Program-made: the position numbers and the translations under genes
Notes under the pieces: generated by a model
What the model was told of the DNA's origin: nothing
Database searches by the model: none
What the model saw: the letters and a program-made list of their open reading frames with translations, nothing else
Origin: Malacoraja senta
Lineage: Eukaryota
Assembly: GCA_038087875.1 (NCBI GenBank)
Contig: CM075989.1
Coordinates: 14,386,001 to 14,450,000 of the forward strand
DNA length: 64,000 nucleotides
Direction: 5' to 3'
In this document: positions 12,961-26,599 of the stretch, in pieces
Position numbering within the stretch: position 1 is the first letter of the stretch
Layout of the letters: each line of letters begins with the position of its first letter

Positions 12961-14464
12961 TATGGCAGCGCAGGAGGTAGCAGACAAAATGGGAGTGGGA
13001 CTGAGAATTAAAGTGACATACGACATACTCTTAGACAAAGTTTCATTATTTGAACAATGCAATTGCCTCCTTCTCTGTGCTATTGAGGGGTTTTTTCTGC
13101 CATTAAGCATTTTATCACAAGAATCCAATATAGTGTATGTTTTGTTGTTTCATTGAGCCATACTTGTGCTCCACATAGCTCTGTCGAAAAACATTAGGGA
13201 GATTTATATCGATTGGCATTTCATCTTCAGCAAGAGAAATGTTGAAGGATCATTTTTGTAAGCTGTCACCAAGGAAACTGGTTTTGCATAAGTTGTGGAT
13301 TTCCCAAATTCTCATTGGCAATTGACAATCATGCTGGCTGATTTGAGGAGCTTCTGTGGTAATAAGTGACGTATACGAGAGAAAAATGATGGAAAAGCTA
13401 AAAAATATTGAAATATATTCTGTGCAAAAATGTCACAAGTACCAATAAATTGTGTAAGGATAAATTGTGAGATGCGACAGCAATACTCATGTGAAATCTT
13501 ATTTTCCCTGAGGATAATAAACCATCCGATTGTGTATACTTTTTGGAAGGTTATATTCTTTATTATCTGTAGCTTTGAGAAAGCTGTGGGAATGTTGAGT
13601 GGGGAAGTTCTATAAAGGAAATCTCTGTCTAATGCCCCCGCCGCTTCAACACCCACTCCCCAGTCCACTGCAATCATCACTTTACAATAAATAAGAAAAC
13701 AGTTAGATTACTGTTTCTTTTGGATGGCAAGATTATGACATCAAATGCAGTCCAGAACCAGAGCACTTGATCTATCTGGCATTTAGAGTACCATCTAGAG
13801 AATGCCATTTGTTACACTCAAGACTGTTAGATGCCCCCCACTGAGAATCATGAAATAACACAGCACAGATGCAGGCTGTTGTTTGCGGCGTGCCTCTTTG
13901 GTAGAGTTATCTCATTAATCCCGCTTTCCTGTTCTTTCCTCAACCTTGGTTAACAACACATTGCTATTTGTGTATCCTTTTTGCACAAAGAATGGTTATC
14001 AACGCAAGTCTCAGTGTATGTGATACAGGCTAGTGCTCTGCTCAATGGCCTATTGACATTGAGCGAACCAACATTAAATAAATTCTGCCTGCCTTCCTTT
14101 TGGCTAGTTATTTATTTTCACTAAGCATGATATTTGAAGTTCAGGTCTAGAGTTACAATGTGCGTAGAAGGCTTTTTCTTATAAAATGGCTTCTCCAACC
14201 TGACGTCGCAATGTCTCTGTGTACTGGTACTTGGCAACCACATTCCTTGCCATCTTTTGAAATTCCTATGTTAAAAGCAAATTTCCAGCATTGCCTTTAC
14301 ATGTTTGTAAAAGGCAACAAAAGAACAATGTCAAATCATGGTTTTAACACTTTGCTGCAAGCATTGTTGCCCATAGTATGTCAGTTATTTAAAACATGTT
14401 AATATCTTTTGATTTTTGGTGTTGCACGCATGGCTTTATCATTGATCCTGCTTAATTGTTTCAG

Positions 14465-14565
14465 CTTCCAGTCCGTAATTGAAGAATGCGTGAAGCAGAT
14501 GAATCTCGAATTATATCAGATGAGAGGAAATGGGAACTCATCTACCAACAGGAACAGCGCAGCCA
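14465..14565 (+). CDS. UNC13C: UNC13C coding exon, truncated by the assembly gap: (S)[33 protein letters not shown]
   Basis: Acceptor tttcag|; phase joins the previous exon (AG|C = Ser). Resembles UNC13C FQ.IIEECIKQM..EL.QMR.NGN...N.NSAA. Runs into Ns at 14566. Confidence 0.88.
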
Positions 14566-14765
14566 NNNNNNNNNNNNNNNNNNNNNNNNNNNNNNNNNNN
14601 NNNNNNNNNNNNNNNNNNNNNNNNNNNNNNNNNNNNNNNNNNNNNNNNNNNNNNNNNNNNNNNNNNNNNNNNNNNNNNNNNNNNNNNNNNNNNNNNNNNN
14701 NNNNNNNNNNNNNNNNNNNNNNNNNNNNNNNNNNNNNNNNNNNNNNNNNNNNNNNNNNNNNNNNN
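14566..14765. other. Assembly gap (200 N)
   Basis: Run of exactly 200 Ns, starting inside a coding exon. Confidence 0.99.
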
Positions 14766-15392
14766 ATTAAATGTCAGTCTAAAGATACGATGATGTGCAT
14801 CACTGGGTAATCTGTCATTCATTTAGAATCAAGAATTAGAACAAAGATGTAGGTTCAACATGGAATGAAGACACCAATTTGTCGTGTAATTTTTTGAAGT
14901 GTGTGATTAGCAGTTGTGAACAATGGAGTACATTAGGGTTCCGTGCTGGCTCCACTATTGTTTGTTACCTACACGAACAAGGAACACAAAATCTCAATGA
15001 CATTTGTGAGTCGCACTTTCCCAGCACAAAGCCGTATTCTCTATCTCTAATTAATCCTTGCTTATCCAAATGCTGGTAGATCTTGTCCCAAAGAATCCCA
15101 TCCAACAACTTTCCCACCACTGATGTCAGGCTCACCAGCTTGCCCTTTTCTAAAATAAAAGGACATTAGTCATCTTCCAGTCTTCCTGTTCCTCACCCAT
15201 GGTTAACGATGATAGAGCAAAGTTATTTCTTCCATGGGTTCCATAATGTCCTAGGATAAACTTGGTCAGGCCCTGGGGATGTATTCGCCTAGGCGCGCAT
15301 TAAGACTGCCAGTGATTCCTCTTTTCTGATGTGGATATGTTTCAAGACATCATTATTCTCGCCCCCAAATTCCCAAGCTTCCATGACCTTCT

Positions 15393-16612
15393 ATGCTATG
15401 AGGCTGCAGGGTGACTTGGACACGTTGCGTGAGGGGGCAGATGCTTGGTAGATGCAGTATAATGTGGAAAAATGTGAGGTTATCCACTTTGGTGGTAAGA
15501 ACAGGAAGGCAGATTATTATCTGAATGGTGTCAGATTAGGAAAAGGGGAGGTGCAGCGAGACCTGGGTGTGCTTGTACATCAGTCACTGAAAGTAAGCAT
15601 GCAGATACTGCAAGCAGTGAAAAAAGCAAATGGCATGTTGGCCTTCATTACGAGAGGATTTGAGTTTAGGAGCAAGGAGGTCCTACTGCAGTTATACAGG
15701 GCTCTGGTGAGACCGCACCTGGAGTATTGTGTGCAACTTTGGTCTCCTAATATGAGGAAGGACATTCTTGCTATTGAGGGAGTGCAGCGTAGGTTCGCCA
15801 GGTTAATTCCCGGGATGGCAGGACTGACATATGATGAAAAATTTGGTCGACTTGAGCTTGTATTCGCTGGAATTTAGAAGGATGAGAGCGGATCTTATAG
15901 AAACATACACAATTCTTAAAGGATTGGACAGGCTAGATGCAGAAAAAATGTTCCCCATGTTGGGGGAGTCCAGAACCAGGGTTCACAGTTTAAGAATAAG
16001 GGGTAGGCAATTTTAGGACTGAGATGAGGAAAAACTTCTTCACCCAGAGAGTTGTGAATGAGTGGAATTCTTTGCCACAGAAGGCAGTGGAGACCAAGTC
16101 ACTGGATGTTTTCAAGAGAGACTTAGATTTAGCTCTTAGAAACATAGAAACATAGAAAATAGGTGCAGTAGGCCATTTCGGCCCTTCGAGCCTGCACCGC
16201 CATTCAATATGATCATGGCTGATCATCCAACTCAGTATCCTGTACCTGCCTTCTCTCCATACCCCCTGATCCCTTTAGCCACAAGGGCCACATCTAACTC
16301 CCTCTTAAATATAGCCAATGAACTGGCCTCAACTACCTTCTGTGGCAGAGAATTCCAGAGATTCACCACTCTCTGTGTGAAAAATGTTTTTCTCATCTCG
16401 GTCCTAAAAGATTTCCCCCTTATCCTTAAACTGTGACCCTTGTCCTGGACTAAAGTGGACTTGTTAGGGCTAAAGAAATCAAGGGATATGGGGAAAAAGC
16501 AGGAACGGAGTACTGATTTTAGATGATCAGCCATGATCATATTGAATGGCGGTGCTGGCTCGAAGAGTCGAATGGTCTAATCCTGCACCTATTTTTCTAT
16601 GTTTCTATGTTT
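15393..16612 (+). mobile_element. CR1 LINE 3' fragment interrupted by an antisense CR1 insertion
   Basis: LQGDLD.L...MQYNVEKCEVIHFG...LYRALVRPHLEYC. The host sequence gctcttag|ggctaaag is split at ~16139/16465; (tctatgtt)n tail. Confidence 0.92.
16138..16451 (-). mobile_element. Young CR1 3' fragment nested in antisense
   Basis: Near-identical reverse complement of 20130-20444 (FFTQRVVNLWNSLPQKVVEASSLAIFKRELD). Confidence 0.92.
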
Positions 16613-17743
16613 CTCCATCATAAGAGGAGAAATATTTACCTCAGATTTTGTCCATGTCCAGTGGCTTCACATACAGACACCCAGATTGATCCTTAAGGGA
16701 TCCTATGCTCTATCTAGTTTCCCTTTTGCTCTTAATATATTTAATGTATTTGCTAGGATTGTCCTTTCTCTTTATCTGCCAGGGATGTCGCATGTGCTCA
16801 TGGATTAATGCTTCCAGTATTCAATAGAGTATTTTCTGTAGAATTTACCTGCAAACCATGCTGCTTAAATGGAACATTAATCTCCTTTCCCTGGTGCCAG
16901 TTAAACAAATTCTTCATGAGTTCTCTGTTAATCTGAATGGTACACGGTTCTTTTGAACAATTTGGTCCTGCACGATTGACGTTGATTCGATAATATTATT
17001 CATAGATAAGCAACCAAAGAAATGAACATTCCAATCAAGGTACAATGGAAATTCTTCTCAGCATGTAATTTTGCTTTACATTCTGAAGGAGGAGATTTCT
17101 AGCTTGCCTGTTTGAAGTTGTTAACCTTACTCGTGTGTTACCTATTTTTGATTACAGAATGGTTTTCAATTCATCAAGTTATGTTGTTAAATCTGTCGAG
17201 CTCAGGGCATCAGCTCTATCGGCCAGTCAACAATGTGAGGGAGGAAGGATTTATTTACTTGCTTGTGATTTGTATAATGTTGCAGGCAGTTATTTCTTCC
17301 TTGGCAAAGAGCAAACTTAAAGTAGCCATATATTATGGGGAGTTTCAGTGGGAAACAGGTAATTTCAGGATTTGTACAGAGAAGAGAAGAATGGTGGTAT
17401 ACTGTAAGGAAATAATCAGAAGGTACTTTCCCTTCCATTTTTACACTCCCTGCTCCTCCCCCCCCCCCCCCACCATTCCTCAATCCCTCGTGCTCCCCCT
17501 CCCTACCCATTCCCTGCCCCCTACGTTTCCCACATCGAGATTATGAAATCAATAGAAATGAAATGGAAAATTCTGTGCTTCCAACAATATTGTTTCTTTC
17601 TCCCTTTCCATTTTCCTGAGTCGCGCAACACTTCGAATCTCTGAACAAAAGGTCAGTTGGACATCAATTCTAAATTCCTGCCAGCGTTGCACTGAAATTA
17701 ACGGGCACACATGACTGAACACAGAACTGGCGAATTACTACCC

Positions 17744-17757
17744 TTTTCCATGGCAAC
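17744..17757. promoter_or_regulatory. RFX X-box-like motif TTTTCCATGGCAAC
   Basis: One mismatch to GTTNCCATGGNAAC; lies in a repeat-free segment. Confidence 0.4.
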
Positions 17758-19517
17758 AGCTCTCCGTTCAGGAACTCGTCATGTGGACAATTGCATACAC
17801 AGGCATAGCTCGTGCTGCTTCTGTGGCATTAGGCATGGGTCCGATGCTTCTCCTGCCTCGCTGTGTCAGAAGTTTCAGTCATTGTGAAAATGGAAAAAAG
17901 ATTTGGAGCAAGTTAAAACCAATGAGTTTCTCTGCATTAACGGAATACGGAATATTCTCAACAGTCGCACTAAATGTCTGCATTCAAGCGCATCTGGATC
18001 TCGTTGATTTGTTTAATTTTGAATCGTCCTCTATTTTCCAAATATGCCATTGTTCTCCTCACGGTGTGAGAGAGAGAGAGAGAGAGGTGGCATTTTAATT
18101 CCTTGTTATGGAGCCTTCCAGTTAGCTCCTGATTTATTTCTAGGTATTGCTCGTGGAAGGGATATTCTATTCAAATCTAATGCCTATAACTTTACATAAA
18201 ATTCCAGATTGTTGCTGCTGTAAGTAATTAGGGAGTTTGAGTCAGAATTCAGTTAATTTCAGGATTTGTGCTGTGAAGAGTAGCATAAACCTTGTTAAAG
18301 TGGCTGATGATGTCCCCTGTTCCCTCTCCACCACAACCTTTCCGTCCCACGTTTACTTGCAACTCCCCCTTCTCTTCTTTATTCCTAAGCCCTCTTCCTT
18401 CTCCCTCTCCTGCACTCCCTCAAAGTTCAATTGCATGACTGTGAGTGTCCACCTGCATGTGCCATGACACCACTAAAGATGCCGCAGAGCAAGTTCAACA
18501 AATGCAGAGGAAATTGCTAAGGTTTACAAAATTCCAGTTATAGAGGAAGAAACACTGACCACCTGTTTGAATTGGTTGCAGAATACAGGCAGTCTCCTCC
18601 ATATCACAAGTGTTTGCAGGACAAATGAACAAAAAGGGTGTGTGGGAGAAGATCACAGAAACAGCAGTAATGGGAGGGCGAGCTGCCGCCAGCCGGCTTC
18701 ACTGGCTCCGTGAGTGAGTGAGTGAGTCTGCTTAGTGCTCCCAGCGCTGCTCAATGCAGCCTAGCTCTCAAATGGAGCGGCTCGGGATAGAGGGGAGAGA
18801 AGCTGTATAGAAGCGCCCTGTTCAGAATCCTGCTGGTGTCCCAAATACTCACTCACTCCATAAGTCAGGCATAAGCAACCTAAGGAGGTACGTGAAAGAA
18901 AGCCGTTGATATAATCGATATTTCAGTGAAGTAATTTTGAGATCCAAAATCAAAAGTATAAGCAAATAAGGATGTATAAAGAGAAATTAATGTGTACAAC
19001 AATGGGAGAAAATTGAATATAAAACGAAAATTGGTTATAAATTGAATTAAATATAATACTGAGTGAATTTAACCTGGAAAATATTGTCAAAAGTATTTAT
19101 GTGGATCATTTAGTTTCCTCAAATAGGAAACGATGAAGCCATTGTCACTTCTCCCCCACCCTCAACACCAGCTGGCATTCTGTTCTAACATGATCTTTGT
19201 TCAAATGCACACACCTCTCCCTCCCACACCCCCACTGAATTGTTCTTTAGACACACTTGCCTTTCACCATTCAACCTTCATGGCCGTCTGTAACCTATTG
19301 CTCCTCTGCAACACTCTTACTTTCAAGGAACCCATAAAAGACCAACACATTTTCTTTTATAGCCAGCCACTGATCAATATGCTTTTATCCCAGTTGTTTC
19401 TGTTTTCCCCGGTGTTTGGGACAATGTTTAACCTCATTCACTTTTATACTATCAAGCTGACATTTGTCATACCTCCCCATATATCTGCATTATTCTGTGA
19501 GTTCTGTCTTTTCCCCC

Positions 19518-20444
19518 ATGACACTAAGCTGGGGGGCAGTGTTAGCTGTGAGGAGGATGCTAGGAGGCTGCAAGGTGACTTGGATAGGCTGGGTGTGGGC
19601 AAATGCATGGCAGATGCAGTATAATGTGGATAATGTGAGGTTATCCACTTTGGTGGCAAAAACAGGAAAGCAGACTATTATCTAAATGGTGGCCGATTAG
19701 GAAAAGGGGAGATGCAACGAGACCTGGGCGTCATGGTACACCAGTCATTGAAAGTAGTAGGCATGCAGGTGCAGCAGGTAGTGAAGAAAGCGAATGGTAT
19801 GTTAGCATTCATAGCAAAAGGATTTGAGTATAGGAGCAGGGAGGTTCTACTGCAGTTGTACAGGGTCTTGGTGAGACCACACCTGGAGTATTGCGTACAG
19901 TTTTGGTCTCCAAATCTGAGGAAGGACATTATTGCCATAGAGGGAGTGCAGAGAAGGTTCACCAGACTGATTCCTGGGATGTCAGGACTTTCATATGAAG
20001 AAAGACTGGATAGACTCGGCTTGTACTCGCTAGAATTTAGGAGATTGAGGGGGGATCTTATAGAAACTTACAAAATTCTTAAGGGTTTGGACAGGCTAGA
20101 TGCAGGAAGATTGTTCCCGATGTTGGGGAAGTCCAGGACAAGGGGTCACAGCTTAAGGATAGAGGGGAAATCCTTTATGACCGAGATGAGAAAAACTTTT
20201 TTCACACAGAGGGTGGTGAATCTCTGGAATTCTCTGCCACAGAAGGTAGTTGAGGCCAGTTCATTGGCTATATTTAAGAGGGAGTTAGATGTGGCCCTTG
20301 TGGCTAAAGGGATCAGGGGGTATGGAGAGAAGGCAGGTACAGGATACTGAGTTGGATGATCAGCCATGATCATATTGAATGGCGGTGCAGGCTCGAAGGG
20401 CCGAATGGCCTACTGCACCTATTTTCTATGTTTCTATGTTTCTA
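19518..20444 (+). mobile_element. CR1 LINE 3' fragment (young)
   Basis: DTKLGG..CEED..RLQGDLDRL, then a 212-aa ORF2 C-terminus at 19712-20350; (tctatgtt)n tail. Confidence 0.95.
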
Positions 20445-22206
20445 AGTACCCGTTGATACTCATCTCATTTATGAGCACCTGGTCTATAGCCTCTCAGCCT
20501 TGGTAATTCAAGGAGTCTTTTTAAATGTTGTGAGATTAAATGTTACATACATTACATTATTTATACCCATCAAATTCTCATATTTTTCTGACTCTTTTAA
20601 GTGCTGAATCTCAACTCTGAGAAAGGATGGGTTGGATTCTAAGATTCAATTACAAGACAAAATTATTCGCACCAGGAACAGAACCACTCCACTCCCCAGC
20701 AGAGGCAAGTGGCCAACCTACTTAAGGATGCTCTCTGCTTTCATTTAACACACATTTTAAACTACAGGCTTCCTAGACCACTGGAGACTTGGCAGCTGTA
20801 AACACAAAAGCTGGGCTGAGTCCATGAGGTAGGTGTCTTCAAAGCACTGTGCTGGCCAAGACAAGCAAGCTGGAGCCTCAGACCCAAAACACACTCAGTA
20901 AATCCACAATGAAACATTATTTCCTGCCGCTCCAACCATCACCTCACCTCATTCTCTTGACCCACGTCACACCACCTTTCCCCCACTCTTTGCACCATAA
21001 AACTCGAGACGCCAAAACCAAGTGATTCTAAAAAGCTCCCTCACCGTGATTTCTCTCCAAACAATTTCAACCAAATGCCCTCTACTTTAATTCTCAGGAC
21101 TTTTGGGAAAACCTTTGCATAGCTTTCACCCCAACCTCTTGCGATCCTTCCCATTGCACAATAAAACTCAGATATAACTGTCTCTCCTGCTTTTTTAATC
21201 TAGATGCCCAATTCTCTGCCAAATTAGTTATATCCCACTTCCTTTTGTATATTACTACTTGTTAGTTGGTACAGAATATTCTTCACATCGCTTTTTTTTC
21301 CTTCCGCTCCAAGTCGAAGCTGCATAAGAGAAATTTCCTCACTCCTTTTTTTGCTTCTGTCAAATATTTGAGATTGTTTCTCCCCTGGTTTCTGAACTCG
21401 TGCCAGTGAAACCAGCTTCTCCAGTCCATCAATGCACTGATCATTTTGAACCCCTCCTTAAATCTCTCTTTTCCTTGCACTCAATGATATCTCCCAGAGC
21501 TTTTGTCTTTCCACAATGCTGAATTTTCCCTCCTTGATATCTATGCTAGTACCTCAACTCTGCTTGACTTATTTCAAATCAAACCAGTATGGCTCAAGAT
21601 ACACTCTCTTGCTTGTCTGTTCAATGCACAATTTATAAACACAATAAATATTTTTTTAACAATGTTATCAATATCTACCTGGAAAGATTTCAATATTTAC
21701 TTCATGGTCCTGGATTGAAAGCTGGCATTGGATGATAGACAATTATTCCTTAATGCAGTAGCTTGTTCTCAATGGTGTCGGGGTCCTGTAACTGAGCTCT
21801 TGACAACCCTGCCTCTGTTAGACATGCGAGTCTGCCACAAAAGTTTCTAATTCTCTGACCAAATTAATGTTCATGTCGAGAACGCAAGCCGCTGTAATTC
21901 AACATTCAGCATCAGTCCCAAGGTCTGCACTGAATACTGCTTTGGATCTTGCTTCATCTATGACTATGAAAGCTTCCCTCAAACAGCACACTTGCTAAAT
22001 ACAAGGACAACCACAGGGATCAGAATACATGACTAAGATAATTCTTCGCTCTCAGCATAGACAGCATGGCAACATCTTGCAGCCTTATCATGGTATGCAG
22101 ACAGTGCTGACTGTGCTGTTGAATGCCAGTATGAGAGGCAAGAATCTCTTAAAGGAGAACTGCATCACTGTAAGACTGCCTGCGGCTCTCAAAGGAGGTC
22201 GAGGGA

Positions 22207-22330
22207 AGAAGGGTTTCAGCCCGAAACGTTGCCTATTTCCTTTGCTCCACAGATGCTGCTGCACCCGCTGAGTTTCTCCAGCACTTTTGTCTACCTTCGA
22301 TTTTCCAGCATCTGCAGTTCCTTCTTAAAC
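22207..22330 (+). mobile_element. Short Penelope-like terminus starting inside the hammerhead core, with 8-bp flanking direct repeat
   Basis: agaagggtttcagcccgaaacgttgcct...cttaaac; TCGAGGGA at 22199-22206 and 22331-22338. Confidence 0.8.
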
Positions 22331-22550
22331 TCGAGGGAGTCTATGGCAGATTTCAGTGCAGACGTCTCTGTCACTTCCTCCTCATTGTGCTTCGGGTCAG
22401 AGTATTGCTTCCTGAACAACCTGGGGAGATGTGACTTCCTACTGCATGTCCTCCTCCTGGCATCTTGCCCTATTTGGGGCAACCTTTGCCATTCTTCCAC
22501 TGATGCCGCATGGTGAAGTGAACGCAGACTTGAGCACCTAGGTCAGTGTT

Positions 22551-23300
22551 AACTGGAAACAGAAGAGTCTGCAGATGCTGCAATCTAGAACAAAAAACAA
22601 TGCTAGATGAACTCAGCAAGTCAAGCAGCAACTGTGAAGGCTAACGTTGTACGCCAGCATTTTGGGTTGTTCATACCAGTACGTCCAGGTGAGAAAGAGG
22701 TTCATGTGCACCTCCCCTAACCTCATCTACTGCATCAGGTGTTCCCGATTTGGTCTATTGTACATTGGCGAGACAAGCATACTCAGCGGCCGTTTCACTG
22801 GACATTGGCTCGATCCGCCAATGCCTACTGGATCCCTCAGTTATTAATCATTGTAATTCCCCTTCCCATGTATGAACATTGATCTCTCCAGTTTTAGGTA
22901 ACTAACATTTCTCCCCTTTTTTTTATCTCTCCCCTCTCTCCCCTGTTTCCCAATTAGACTTGCACCTATTTCTCTTCTCCCCTTCCACCTACATTCCTTC
23001 CTCTAGCTTCACAATCCACAACTCTTCAATCTTTTTGTATCAAACCTTCTGTCTTTTCATCTCTGGCCTCTGTCCAACCACCTGCCTATCAAAGACCCCC
23101 TCACCCGTATCCACCTATTACCCGGCAGGCTTTGTCCTATTTCTCCTTTCTTCCAGCTTTCTTCCCCTATCCCCTTCTCCCCCCTCCCCCCAACACAATC
23201 AGTCTGGAGAACGGTCCTGACCCAGAAAGTCACTTATCGATGCTCTCCGGAGATGCTGCTTGACCCACTGAATTGCTCTAGCACGTGTATTTTCTTGGGT
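22551..23300 (+). mobile_element. Penelope-like element: inverted terminus, GIY-YIG remnant, terminal repeat and degenerate hammerhead
   Basis: QVRKRFMCTSPNLIYCIRCSRFGLLYIGET at ~22686-22775; agtctggagaacggtcctgacccagaaagtc at ~23201. Confidence 0.8.
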
Positions 23301-26079
23301 TGAGACCCTGCTTCAGGACCGAGTGGGAACAGGAAGGATTGCTGGTAGAGAACAGCTGTTACGACCACCTCTTGGGACGAAGTCTCCATTATGGCCACAA
23401 TCGTAGGTCCATGCATTGATTTGGGCCCTAGGTTCATCCGTTTTACACAAAATACTCCTTGCATTGACATGCAGTGACTGGCTTAGCTGTCTGAATAAAG
23501 GAAATTATATTCACTGCACTCTAATTAACTGAAAAGTGCCACAGTTACTTGTTATCTTAAACTACCAGCAGATCATTGGCACTGCAGCACCCATTCCGTA
23601 ACTGTTCAACTTTATGCAGTTTGATACTGAAACAAATGCCAATGACAGTGTCAGTCCTTCATTATCATAATATTAACCTGCTCTACAAAAGCCAGATTCT
23701 GTAAAGGTTCCCTGTTATTTGGAGCTCCCAGGACAACATGCTCATAAATCCGTAGTATTAACTTAGAAGGCCCGCAGATACGTAAAATACTTCCCTCAAT
23801 TTCTCAAATCCATTGAAGTACCATCAAATTTCAAATATTTTGTTGCAAAGTGGTCATAGACATTGGGGTAAACTTTCAAGATGCTATTCAGGAATAAAAT
23901 TGGTTATTTGACCACACCTTCAATTTCCATCTCCTCCAACTTAATGTGTTTGGGAGGGACTTCTGTGCCTTATCTTGGGAAACATTGAAACTCTCATGTG
24001 AAACCCAGCTCTTTGTTCCATTTAGTCACCTAATCAGCCAGTTTACTTCATCTGATGGATTTAGACCCACCAAAATATTCTTCAACTATTTCAGACTTCA
24101 AACTGGGCAGGTATAAAAAAGACATCGACCTCAAACCTACCCATTAATGGCAAAGACAGCTCTCAATTATCATCATTAATGGAATTGATCTGAAGTTATA
24201 TACTCTCTCGAGGTCCCATTGCAAATTCACAGCAATTTATCTTACCTTTCAGTTTTTATTTCTGGTGCTATATTTTGAAGTCATGAAAAATGCTCAGTGT
24301 TATGACCAATTAATCCTTTGGGAATTTTTTCCAACTTGCCATTTCTCTTCAATCATGCCATATTTTACTCTGATCTCATGGGTCCATATAATGTTCCTCC
24401 TAGCTGACATATAGAAGGCAAAAATACAGTATGCTATTTATTTCCTCAAATACTAAACTTTCCCATTGTTGCCCATGTCAGAATTGCTCCATTTTCAAAT
24501 ACATTTTGACATAATCAGATTGCAACTCTTTCATCTTCGCCTCTGTGCAGCTGTAATGAACTGCTCTCCTGTTTAAATTTCGACTGAGTTTTTTATATTT
24601 TCCCAGATTTAGACTTTTTTTAGCAGATGCCTTTGTTTTCACCTTCCCCTTTTACACCGGTAATCTGTAGCATATTCTTCGAGTTGCTGAAGTTTCCACT
24701 TCACTTGAAGCTTTTGTAGAATAAGTAAACAGGTATATGTTTTGCTTCTTAGTTTTAATTAGAAACAAGCCTACTTGAAAGCAGCAGCATAGCATTTGAA
24801 CCAGGTTAAACTGAGCAAAATAAAGCTGTCAGGCATCTTTTCCAAATGTCACAGTGGAAGATGTGTAGTTATATTGCAATATATACTGTGAATTCATCTC
24901 TTTGATACGTTTTGATGAAAGCAGAGATAATTTCCCTCTTTGTCAAGTGTGCTATCAGTGCTACCATTTCAGTTGGTTGGATACCTCTTGGAGTTTACTT
25001 TTCTCTTGTATCTAGGTATATTGTTGCAACATCAAACATATCTCAACCTTTTATCTTGTAATACTATTAAGATGTAAATTAGGCAAATTGTTCAATTTCT
25101 CTCAGTAACAATAGCATTTCATATTCTGAGGACCTTTCCTTTCAATAGAAACATGAATTTTGCCTTCCATTCCAGTACTAAAATTGGATCTCTGAACAGA
25201 TTACAATTGAGAAATTAAAAATATATGTTGTTGAGAATGTTGTAAATACTTAAAGTCATTCCATGTTTCTTGATTCATTGTTTTAGTAAAAATGGGTCTA
25301 TTATATATATACGTGAAGGCCTCTGTTAAAGTAACAAATAGAACATTTTTCCTTGTATGTTAAGGTTTGCAGTGATTTATACATTGTAAACGCAATCACC
25401 TGTCTGCAGAGATTATGTTTATGGCACAAACCTAGCCCATTAAACAATGAACAGTCGATAGCATAGCTATGAAAATCAATAAAACTGCAGAGGCTGTAAA
25501 TCTGAAATAGAAGTGGTAAATAATGTTGTCACTCAGCATCTGTGGAGAGGGAATCAGAGGTAATTTTCCAGATCAGATAGCTTAGATCTATTTTGCTTTA
25601 GATAGATCAGTGTGGTTTCCATAATCAATAAAGTTTGATATCAAGATAAATACTGAAGGAAATCTTTAAAAGTCTTGTTTAAAATCAAAATGTATAACCT
25701 TCACAGCATTTTGTACTTCTGTGATGCTTTTGAATGTGGTCTTTGGGAGGACAAGAAGGTATCACTAGACACATGAGAACTCCCACATCCCCTTGGAAGG
25801 GCAGCAGAGGATTTTGTTTACCATCACAATTAAAATATGTAGTATTCTTACATGGAAATAACATCTTGGGTCAGCTATGGCCAGTTCCTGCCTGAAGAAG
25901 TGAGGGTGCTGTCAAAAGCAAAAAGTTCTAATGATACTTTTATAATAATACTAGTAAAGCATCTAATTATACTTCACTGGAGAAAATCCATAGAAAGTTT
26001 GAAAAAAAATGTATTAGGCTAGATGATCAAAGAATTAAGCTCAAGGGAGCATGTTCCTAAAAAGTAGAAGCAAAAGGAT

Positions 26080-26397
26080 TTTAGTTTTGTTTAGTTCAAA
26101 GATACAACACGGAAACAGGCCCTTCAGCCCACCGAGTCCACACCGACCAGCGATCCCCATACAATAACACTACTCGACACATATTAGGGACAATTTTACT
26201 TTTACACCAAGCCAATTAACCTACAAACCTATACGTCTTTGGAGTGTGAGAGGAAACTAAAGATCTTGGATAAAACCTACGCAGGTCACGGGGAGAACGT
26301 ACAAACTCCTTACAGACAAGCATCCCTAGTCAGGATCGAACCCGGGTCTCTAGCGCTTTACATCAGTAGCTCTACTGTTGCACCACCATGTCGCCCC
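26080..26397 (-). mobile_element. V-SINE, near full length
   Basis: Tail, V-domain, B box (ggatcgaacc on the + strand) and tRNA-like head. Confidence 0.85.
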
Positions 26398-26599
26398 AAT
26401 AGGGGCAGAGAATTCAGTGCTCAAGGACTTGGTGAGTTAAACCATGCACTGGTTACAATGAGACATGTTCGAGGCCAGACTTGGAGGAACACCTGTATAT
26501 TTGATGGTTGTGGGGCTGCAGGACATCACAAATATGGGAAGTAGTCAAAACATGGGAGCTTCTTAAAAGAAAGATGGGAAATTTAAAATCAAGGTTTTG

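Noticed and set aside
14409..14822. ORFs spanning the N run
   Set aside because: Artefacts of translating Ns; only 14465-14565 is a real exon.
19712..20350. Long ORFs of 127-241 aa (also 7636, 15452, 43159, 46956)
   Set aside because: All are CR1 ORF2 fragments, not host genes.
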